Positions 57,065 through 64,000 of a stretch of DNA of 64,000 nt are shown here, piece by piece. Made by a program: the position numbers and the translations under genes. The notes under the pieces are model-generated. The model did no database searches. It was not told the origin of the DNA and saw nothing but the letters and a program-made list of their open reading frames with translations. Position 1 is the first letter of the stretch; each line of letters starts with the position of its first letter. Source of the DNA: Alphaproteobacteria bacterium (GTDB lineage Bacteria > Pseudomonadota > Alphaproteobacteria > MPNO01); the NCBI GenBank assembly GCA_964291675.2, contig OZ219865.1, positions 832,001 through 896,000 of the forward strand. Reading direction: 5' to 3'.

Positions 57065-58759
57065 ATGGCCAGTGACGCGCGCGACGGCGCGAAACGGTAC
57101 TCCATGCGCGTCGATTCGGGCGTCTGCGTCACCATGCGCGACGGCACGCGCATCGCGCTGCGCATCTACCGCCCGGACGGGGACGGCGCGCACCCGGCGC
57201 TGTTCGCCGCCTCGCCCTACATGTACGCGACCGACGACATCCCGCATTCCCGCCTCTTCCTGTGGCGCGAGGTGGGGCCCGTCCAGTGGTACGTGGAGCA
57301 GCACGGCTATGCCTATGTGCATGCCGACGTGCGCGGGTCGGGCGAGTCGGAGGGGGTCTACAACTTCCTCGACAGGGAGGAGCAGCAGGACCTCTACGAG
57401 CTGATCGAGTGGATCGCGCGCCAGCGCTGGTGCGACGGCAATGTGGGCGGCATCGGCCAGTCCTACTACGCCTGGTCGCAGTGGTTCATGGGCATCGTCA
57501 ACCCGCCGAGCCTCAGATGCATCGCGCCCTATGACGGCGCCGTCGACCCCTATCGCGGGACCGCCTATCACGGCGGGATCTACTGCGAATTCATGACCTG
57601 GTGGTACAACCTGGTGCGGGTCAACAACCTGCACCGGGCCGCCAACGACCCGTCGGGCAAGGCGATGCCGCTCGACATCGGCTGGGAGTTCCAGCGCCGG
57701 CAGACCTATGACGACTGGTGGCGCGAACGCACGCCCTGGGAACGGCTGGACGAGATCGAGGTGCCGGTGCTGTCGATCGGCCACTGGGGCAAGATGGGCC
57801 TCCACCTGCGCGGCAACATTTTGGGCTACGAGGAGGTGCGCGCGCCCAAGCGGCTGGTCATCACCGGCGCCAGCGACGTGTTCGAGGCGCACGACTACTT
57901 CGACCGGATCGACTACCACGAGGCCGAGCTGCTGCCGTTCTACGACCGCTACCTCAAGGGCAAGGACAACGGCTACGAGCGCCAGGCGCCGGTCAAGCTC
58001 TACGTGCGCGGCGCCGAGGCGTATCGCGAGGAACGGGAATGGCCGCTGGCGCGGGCCCGGATGACGCCGTTCCACCTCGCCGCCGGGCCGTCGGCAAGCC
58101 TCGCCTCGCTCAACGACGGCCGGCTCGCCGCGGAGCCGCCGCCCGCCGACGGCGGCGCCACCGGCTACACCTATCCCGACGACGGCTGGAAGCTCGGCGT
58201 CGTCGCGATGGGGCCGCAGGGCCCCGACCCGATCCGCCGCGTGCTCACCTTCGTCACCGACCCGCTGGAGGAAGACCTCGAGGTCACCGGGCCGGTAGTC
58301 CTCGAGCTCTACGCCTCCTCGACCGCGACCGACACCGACTTCGTGGTCAGGATCGCCGACCAGCACCCGCAATCCGACGAGGACCGCGCGGCCGGTCTCC
58401 AGCCCGCGTCGGTCAACGTCTCGAAGGGCTGGCTGAGGGCGTCGCACCGCGACAGGGACGAGGCGCGGAGCACGCCGCACCGGCCGATCTACACCCACGC
58501 CGACCCGCAGCCGATCGAGCCCGGACGGGTCTATCGCTACGAGATCGAGGTGATGCCGTTCTCCAACGTCTTCCGCAAGGGACACCGCATCCGGCTGGAG
58601 ATCGTCAACGGCGATTCGCCGCTGACCGACTCGATCTTCACCCACCAGTATCTCTGGTACAAGGTCGGCACCGACACGTTGCACCACGACGCCGAGCGTC
58701 CCTCGCGGCTATGGCTCCCGGTGGTGCCGGCGGAGGCGGGTCAGACTACTGCGCCTTGA
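57065..58759 (+). CDS. CocE/NonD family serine hydrolase
   Basis: MRDGTRIA, DVRGSGESEG, GQSYY nucleophile, C-terminal PepX_C-like domain. Confidence 0.9.
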   Translation: MASDARDGAKRYSMRVDSGVCVTMRDGTRIALRIYRPDGDGAHPALFAASPYMYATDDIPHSRLFLWREVGPVQWYVEQHGYAYVHADVRGSGESEGVYNFLDREEQQDLYELIEWIARQRWCDGNVGGIGQSYYAWSQWFMGIVNPPSLRCIAPYDGAVDPYRGTAYHGGIYCEFMTWWYNLVRVNNLHRAANDPSGKAMPLDIGWEFQRRQTYDDWWRERTPWERLDEIEVPVLSIGHWGKMGLHLRGNILGYEEVRAPKRLVITGASDVFEAHDYFDRIDYHEAELLPFYDRYLKGKDNGYERQAPVKLYVRGAEAYREEREWPLARARMTPFHLAAGPSASLASLNDGRLAAEPPPADGGATGYTYPDDGWKLGVVAMGPQGPDPIRRVLTFVTDPLEEDLEVTGPVVLELYASSTATDTDFVVRIADQHPQSDEDRAAGLQPASVNVSKGWLRASHRDRDEARSTPHRPIYTHADPQPIEPGRVYRYEIEVMPFSNVFRKGHRIRLEIVNGDSPLTDSIFTHQYLWYKVGTDTLHHDAERPSRLWLPVVPAEAGQTTAP

Positions 58760-59592
58760 GCGCGCCACACCACGGGGAACAGGTCGTCGTCGGCGGGGAA
58801 GGCGCCGACCTCCAGAACCGCCTCCGCGGCGCCGGGGATATTGAACCGGGTACGGGGGCCGTACCAGGTGATGTCGCCGCCGAAGAACCGGCACGACAGC
58901 GCCACTCTGCGGACCGCGTCGGACGGGTTGCCGCCCGCGCCGTGCACCGCCAGCGGATGGTGAACGATGCAGTCGCCGGGCTCCATGTCCCAGGAGAGGA
59001 AGCGGTAGGCCGGGTTGTCGAACTCCTTGTGGAACATCGGGCAATCGGGAAACGCGTCGGCCTCGGCGAGCGCGAAGCCCTCGCGCGGCACCGCGGGTAC
59101 GGGACGGTACATCCCGCCCCACCTGTGCGAGCCCGCGACATAGACCAGCCCGCTGGTCTCCCGCGTCACCGGGGTGAACGCGAGCCAGACCGAGGCCACG
59201 TGGTTGCCCGCGAGCGGCCAGAACGGCAGGTCGTGGTGCCACGCCGTCGGCATACGGGTGCCCGGTTCCTTGACGAAGAGCTGGTCGTAGAAGAACCGCA
59301 CCTCGTCGAGCCGCATCAGCCGCGCCGCGATCTCCCGCGCCGGCGAGGTCTTCACGAAGTCCATGAACGCGGGGTTGCCGCGCGCCATGTGCGAGTTGGC
59401 GATGACCTTGCCGGGCTCGTCGTCGCCCGAGGCCAGCACGGTGCCGGCAGGGTTCTTCAGATTGGCGTCGATGACGGCCAGCATGCGGTCGATCCATTCC
59501 CGGTCGAACTGGCCGCGAATGCACACCGCGCCGTCGTCGGCATAGGCGCGGATCTCGTCGCCGGCGATCGGCCGCAGCAATTCCCGGTTCAT
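58741..59592 (-). CDS. Phytanoyl-CoA dioxygenase (PhyH) family 2OG-Fe(II) oxygenase
   Basis: FVKEPG, WHHD, GSHRW, HGA..N, RRVA. Confidence 0.88.
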   Translation of the reverse strand: MNRELLRPIAGDEIRAYADDGAVCIRGQFDREWIDRMLAVIDANLKNPAGTVLASGDDEPGKVIANSHMARGNPAFMDFVKTSPAREIAARLMRLDEVRFFYDQLFVKEPGTRMPTAWHHDLPFWPLAGNHVASVWLAFTPVTRETSGLVYVAGSHRWGGMYRPVPAVPREGFALAEADAFPDCPMFHKEFDNPAYRFLSWDMEPGDCIVHHPLAVHGAGGNPSDAVRRVALSCRFFGGDITWYGPRTRFNIPGAAEAVLEVGAFPADDDLFPVVWRAQGAVV

Positions 59593-59741
59593 GGCGCTCC
59601 CCCGCCGCCGCGGACTTCCTCCCGCACCGGGGCGCAGCATATCATCCGCAGGGTGGCATAGCGGGCGCAACCGCTATATGTCTTTTGCCTTGCGCCGTTC
59701 CGCCGAGCCGGCGGGCGGGAGGAACCGGTGGGGTCGGCGAC

Positions 59742-60215
59742 ATGCAGCTTACGCGATACAGCGACTATTCCCTGAGGGCGCTGATCTATCTCGGCCTGAA
59801 CGGGGACCGGCGCTGCACCATCCGGGAGATCGCCGACGCCTACGGCATCTCGGACAACCACCTGATGAAGGTGATCCACCGGCTCGGCCGGGAGGGCTAC
59901 GTCGCGACGACCAGGGGCCGGAACGGCGGGCTGGAGCTGGCGATGCCGGCGAGCGAGATCAACCTCGGCGCGGTGGTCAGGGCGACCGAGGGGACTCTCG
60001 ACCTGGTCGAGTGCTTCGCTTCCGGGGAGAAGAACGCCTGCCCGATTTCCGGGCCCTGCGCGCTCACGCATATCCTGGAGACGGCGCTGGAGGCCTTTTT
60101 CGACGTGCTGGACCGGCACACGCTGGAGGATCTGCTGCGCCCGGCCGACGCGTTGAAGCTCATATTCGCCGCCCGCAACCGGCACGCCCTGACGGAAGGC
60201 CCGGTCGCGGGGTAG
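59742..60215 (+). CDS. nsrR: Rrf2-family regulator NsrR (NO-sensing)
   Basis: MQLTRYSDYSLRALIYL, HLMKV, RGRNGG, three Cys ECF...CPISGPC. Next to nirKV. Confidence 0.85.
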   Translation: MQLTRYSDYSLRALIYLGLNGDRRCTIREIADAYGISDNHLMKVIHRLGREGYVATTRGRNGGLELAMPASEINLGAVVRATEGTLDLVECFASGEKNACPISGPCALTHILETALEAFFDVLDRHTLEDLLRPADALKLIFAARNRHALTEGPVAG

Positions 60216-60217
60216 CT

Positions 60218-60994
60218 CTACGACTCCCTGACCACGCGGAAGCCGAAATTGCCCGGCATCGGTCGTACCGAACACCCGCCGCTGCCGATGTCGCGGACGA
60301 AGCTCGGCATCGGGCTGCGGTGCTCGCCCTGCAGGATCCTGACCCCGCAGTTCTTCTTCGACACCGTGCGGCCCCCCGCATCGTAGGTCTGCACCCGGCA
60401 GGAGTCGGTCCACTCCCAGACATTGTCGCGGGTGCCGAACACGCCGAACCGGTTGCCCGCGCCGGAACCGACCGGTTCGGTCCGCCTGGTCCGGCGCGGG
60501 GTGAGCGCATAGCTGGCGGCCCAGGCGAGGCGCGGGTCGGTGAACAGCGGCGGCTTCCCGGCCGGGGCACCCGCGCCCGCGCGCGCGGCGTATTCCCATT
60601 CCTCCTCGCTCGGCAGGCGGTAGCGCTCGCCGGTGGCATCCGACAGCCAGTCGAGATACTCGGCCGCGTCGTCCCAGCTCACGTCGATGACCGGGCGCCC
60701 GCCGCGCCCCCACCCCCTGTCCCTCGGCCTGTGTGTGCAGCCTCCGGCGCGGTGGCAGTAATCCCACTGCGCGAAGGTGACCTCGTACCTGCCGATCAGG
60801 AAGGGGCGCTCGAACGCCACGCGCCGCGAGCCGTCGAGCGTCATCTCGCCGGCCGGGACCAGCACCAGCTCCGGCAGGTATTCTTCGGGAACCGGCGCGC
60901 GCAGGAGGGCGCCCGCCGCGAGGACGGACACCCCCGCGACGATCGCAAGGATGCCGCCCGCCATCAGCATGCGCCGCCCGGTGAGCCCCGCCAT
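60218..60994 (-). CDS. nirV: NirV (FGE-sulfatase domain protein)
   Basis: YEVT, PVIDVSWDDA, RLPSEEEWEYAAR, NVWEW, GFRVVR. Downstream of nirK. Confidence 0.85.
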   Translation of the reverse strand: MAGLTGRRMLMAGGILAIVAGVSVLAAGALLRAPVPEEYLPELVLVPAGEMTLDGSRRVAFERPFLIGRYEVTFAQWDYCHRAGGCTHRPRDRGWGRGGRPVIDVSWDDAAEYLDWLSDATGERYRLPSEEEWEYAARAGAGAPAGKPPLFTDPRLAWAASYALTPRRTRRTEPVGSGAGNRFGVFGTRDNVWEWTDSCRVQTYDAGGRTVSKKNCGVRILQGEHRSPMPSFVRDIGSGGCSVRPMPGNFGFRVVRES

Positions 60995-61024
60995 CGCCTG
61001 CCCAGCCCTATCTCGCTCCACCGG

Positions 61025-61137
61025 GCCGTCCCTCGATACGCGGCTTCGCCGCTACCCGGGATGAAGAGACTTCGGTTGCCGCACCGTACGACCCCTCATC
61101 CCGAGCAGCCCCCGCAGGGGGCGAATCGAAGGACGGC
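61025..61137. repeat. REP-like inverted repeat pair, family A, between nirK and nirV
   Basis: GCCGTCCCTCGATACG...GGATGA and CCTCATCCCGAG...ATCGAAGGACGGC. Confidence 0.85.
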
Positions 61138-61145
61138 AACCGGTC

Positions 61146-62267
61146 TCAGGCGGGGATCGGCCCCGGCTTGCTCACCTGGGTCATCAGGTCGTCGTCCCAC
61201 TTGCCGTCGACCACGAAATGGGCCAGCGCGCCGAGCTGCACCGCCTCGATCAGGTTGTGCGAGAGATAGGCGTAGACCCCCGGCTGGAGGAAGGTGTAGA
61301 GCGCCGCGCCCGCCGAGCCGCCGCGGATGAACCAGGTCTCCAGCCCCTCCTCCGGCGGGTCGGCGAAGGAGCCCGCCTCCCAGACATAGTCGCCATGGCC
61401 GCCGATCAGATGCGGCCTGGAATCGCGGTTGGCCTGGGAGTGGACGATCAGCACGCTCTCGCCGACCTTGGCCTTCATCGCGCCGTCGCCGGTGAGCGCG
61501 CCGACCTTGCCGTTGAGCACGACGTGGCTCGGGGTGAGCGTGCGCATCACCTCGAAGACCTCCTCCATCGCCTCGGCGTGGGTTTCGAAGTTCCTGTAGT
61601 TCCCCTCGGCGTCGCGCGGCACGTAGAAATCCTGCTCGCCGACGTAATAGACCCGGTCGTAGCTGAGCCGCTTGCCGGCGCGGTCCCTGAGCCCGTCCTT
61701 GGGCAGCACCATCACCGCCCCGCTCATCCCGGAAACCACGTGGTAGGGGATCATCACCCCGCCCGGCGCGCAGTGATAGATGTAGGTGCCGGGCTTGGTC
61801 GCCTTCCAGCGCAGCACCACCTGCTGGCCCGGCTCGACCAGAGTGAGCCCGCCGCCGCCGAGCGCGCCGGTCGACGCGTGGAAGTCGATATTGTGCTCCA
61901 TCACGTTGTCCGGCGAATTCTTGAGGGTGAGCTCGATGTAGTCGCCCTCGTGGCAGATCATCAGCGGCCCCGGGATCGACCCGTTGAAGGTCGAGGCGTT
62001 GATCTCGGTGCCGTCGTCGTCGACCGCCCACTTCATCTCCTTGGCGACCAGCTCCACCTCGACGATCTTGGCACTCCCCGAGTACTCCTGGTCGTAGTCC
62101 GGCGCGAACGGCGGCGCGACGAGCGTCTGCTTGACCCGCTTCATGCCGCTCATCTCGGGCTTCACCGCGGCATCGCTCTTGGCCGCCATCACCATCGGAC
62201 TCACAGCCGACACGACACCCAGCGTGCCGCCGGCCTGCAAGACCTGACGCCTGTTCAGCTTCTGCAT
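61146..62267 (-). CDS. nirK: Copper-containing nitrite reductase NirK (Tat signal)
   Basis: NRRQVL Tat signal; [28 protein letters not shown] copper ligands. Confidence 0.96.
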   Translation of the reverse strand: MQKLNRRQVLQAGGTLGVVSAVSPMVMAAKSDAAVKPEMSGMKRVKQTLVAPPFAPDYDQEYSGSAKIVEVELVAKEMKWAVDDDGTEINASTFNGSIPGPLMICHEGDYIELTLKNSPDNVMEHNIDFHASTGALGGGGLTLVEPGQQVVLRWKATKPGTYIYHCAPGGVMIPYHVVSGMSGAVMVLPKDGLRDRAGKRLSYDRVYYVGEQDFYVPRDAEGNYRNFETHAEAMEEVFEVMRTLTPSHVVLNGKVGALTGDGAMKAKVGESVLIVHSQANRDSRPHLIGGHGDYVWEAGSFADPPEEGLETWFIRGGSAGAALYTFLQPGVYAYLSHNLIEAVQLGALAHFVVDGKWDDDLMTQVSKPGPIPA

Positions 62268-62361
62268 GGCACGTACCTCCTGTCTCGATCTGCCCCGCGG
62301 CCGCAACCGCGGCGTGCATCCTCCACCAGCGCATGCGACGCCCCGCGCAAGCGGGGAATCT

Positions 62362-62386
62362 AAAGAAGTATTCTGAATGAAGGTTT
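62362..62386. promoter_or_regulatory. Candidate NsrR binding site upstream of nirK
   Basis: AAAGAAGTAT-TCTGA-ATGAAGGTTT, an AT-rich imperfect palindrome resembling gATGyAT-N5-ATrCATc. Confidence 0.5.
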
Positions 62387-62474
62387 TCGGGCGTCAAGCG
62401 GGATTCGGCGTGCGGCCGGATATCGGCGGTCTCCCGAAATATCCCGACCGACCGCCTCCAAATTCGGGGGCAAC

Positions 62475-62490
62475 CCTCCCGTTTGGGAGG
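62475..62490. promoter_or_regulatory. CCTCCC-N4-GGGAGG palindrome, candidate operator of the LuxR-type regulator
   Basis: Same box recurs at 63827-63842. Degenerate copy at 62455-62470. Confidence 0.5.
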
Positions 62491-62613
62491 GGGCGCCGAA
62501 ACACCGGGTCACTATGATCGAGTCGGTGGACAATTATGGTGGGCATTTTGGCATGCGGTCGGAGCCCGACGGTCACGACCTTTGTCCGTTGCCGGCCTAT
62601 TGGCGGAACCGTC

Positions 62614-63765
62614 ATGAGCAACCACGAGCTGTTCGAGCGCATTCTCGGATCGTTGCACGAAGCCGCCTTCGATGACGCGCGCTGGCCGGCAGTCTCCGGC
62701 TTGATCGACGAAGCCTGGTCGTCCAAGGGCAATTCCCTGACCTTCGCCGACGGCGTGTCCCCGGACAGTACCGAGGTCTTCTTTGCACGGTTCTGCAACC
62801 GCGGCCAGCGTCGCGAGGACCTGGAGCGGTTGTATTTCGAAAGCTACTACGCGCTTGACGAGCGCGTCCCGCGATATTGGCAACTGCCGGACAGCCGCGT
62901 GGTACCCGGCAGCTCGCTCTATACGGAAGAAGAGAAGAAAGCCTCGCCGGTCTTTAACGAGTTGTTGTCCTTCACGCAGGGACAAGACGGTCTGATCGCG
63001 CGTCTCGACGGGCCGTATGGCGGCAGAATCGGCGTAGTGATCGGCGACCCCGCCGATGACGAGGGATGGTCCGCCGCCCGGGTCGAGACGGTCGTGCACC
63101 TGCTGCCCCACATCCGGCAATATGTGCGGGTAAGACAGGCGCTGGTGGATGCGCGCGCGCTGGGATCTTCGGTCGCCGCGCTGCTCCAAAATACCAAGTG
63201 CGGGCTTGTCCAGCTCGACCCGCGCGGCCGGATTCTGGCGGCGAACGAGCCGGCCCACGACCTGCTCCGCAGGGGCGACGGGCTGGTGGATCGCCGCGGC
63301 CTGCTGTCGGCCGTCTTCGCTGACGACGACGACGCGCTCCAAGCGCTGCTCGCCCGCGCCCTGCCGCGCTTCGGGGGTCCGGGGGAAAGCGGCTCGATCA
63401 CGGTGCGACGCCGCGCGGTGTCGCCCCGGCTGGTGCTGCATGCGAGCCCTGTAGGCGGCGCGGGGCTGGATGCGCGGGCAGGCCGCGTGGCCGCGCTGGT
63501 GCTGGTTGTCGACCCGGCGATGCGCGGCATCGTCGATCCGGGTGTGGTGGGCACCGTCCTCGGCCTCACGCCGGCGGAAAGCCGGATCGCCGTGCTGCTG
63601 GCCCAAAGCCGCACCATCCGCGACATCGCCGTCGCCACCGGCCGCAGCGAGGGAACCGTCCGCTGGCACGTCAAGCGGGTCCTCGGCAAGCTCGGCCTCT
63701 CCCGCCAGATGGAGCTGGTGCAGCTGGTGATGTCGTTGTCCAACGTCCCGCGGCCACGATCCTGA
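62614..63765 (+). CDS. LuxR-type HTH transcriptional regulator with N-terminal sensor and PAS-like domain
   Basis: C-terminal LTPAESRIA...SEGTVRWHVKRVLGKLG..RQ. Central GRILAAN PAS-like segment. Confidence 0.88.
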   Translation: MSNHELFERILGSLHEAAFDDARWPAVSGLIDEAWSSKGNSLTFADGVSPDSTEVFFARFCNRGQRREDLERLYFESYYALDERVPRYWQLPDSRVVPGSSLYTEEEKKASPVFNELLSFTQGQDGLIARLDGPYGGRIGVVIGDPADDEGWSAARVETVVHLLPHIRQYVRVRQALVDARALGSSVAALLQNTKCGLVQLDPRGRILAANEPAHDLLRRGDGLVDRRGLLSAVFADDDDALQALLARALPRFGGPGESGSITVRRRAVSPRLVLHASPVGGAGLDARAGRVAALVLVVDPAMRGIVDPGVVGTVLGLTPAESRIAVLLAQSRTIRDIAVATGRSEGTVRWHVKRVLGKLGLSRQMELVQLVMSLSNVPRPRS

Positions 63766-63826
63766 CGCGCGCCGCGCGCGCCGGATAGCCGTCAGGCCCA
63801 GGCCTTTCGCAATTTTCGATTGAACA

Positions 63827-63842
63827 CCTCCCATCTGGGAGG
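63827..63842. promoter_or_regulatory. CCTCCC-N4-GGGAGG palindrome, second copy
   Basis: CCTCCCATCTGGGAGG, just downstream of the regulator gene. Confidence 0.5.
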
Positions 63843-64000
63843 CGCGGGGCGAGGCGCGGTCTGGATAGGGTTTCTCCTGCGCACAGGACGCCATGTCTTT
63901 CAGTGCGCTGCATCCGTTTCGAAGTAAGCGTTCGGGGTAGCCGCCCTTGTCAGGGGTAGGTTCGGGACCGCAGTCTCTGTTCCGGGATTTGGCGGCCGAT

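Noticed and set aside
58741-58759. Convergent overlap of the CocE and PhyH genes
   Set aside because: Short 3' overlaps are common and uninformative
60730-60760. CHRAGGCTH in NirV as a heme c site
   Set aside because: Not CxxCH. More likely family cysteines or a disulfide.

Overview
GC-rich bacterial chromosome segment, probably from an alphaproteobacterium (hpnBCHM, nirK-nirV, clpS-clpA and alphaproteobacterial-type palindromic repeats). The sup-type PKS suggests a marine-sponge-associated organism, but this is inference. Main finding: a ~15 kb island (2659-17708) lies between hopanoid genes hpnB-hpnC and hpnM-hpnH. It carries a sup-type lipid PKS cluster: a stand-alone ACP, an alpha/beta hydrolase, a ~3460-aa KS-AT-DH-MT-ER-KR-ACP-KS-AT* PKS and an NCS2 permease fused to an RsbW-like domain. 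Its left edge holds an unannotated tyrosine-integrase arm-binding fragment and its right edge a frameshifted TrwC/TraI relaxase-helicase fragment, so it looks like a decayed integrative conjugative/mobilisable element. The rest is mainly catabolic genes for (hetero)aromatic/N-compounds (UbiD, flavin monooxygenases, 3-HAO, TRAP, 2OG oxygenases, LLMs, VOC proteins, CocE). Also present are three tandem EamA transporters, a desaturase, clpSA, a vapBC module with a perfect 19-bp operator palindrome, an unusual HEPN-like/Tudor-like/CPCC protein, an nsrR-nirV-nirK module, a LuxR-type regulator flanked by CCTCCC-N4-GGGAGG boxes, and two families of intergenic REP-like repeats. No rRNA, tRNA or CRISPR array was seen. 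All family calls are from motif recognition by eye; no database search was run.
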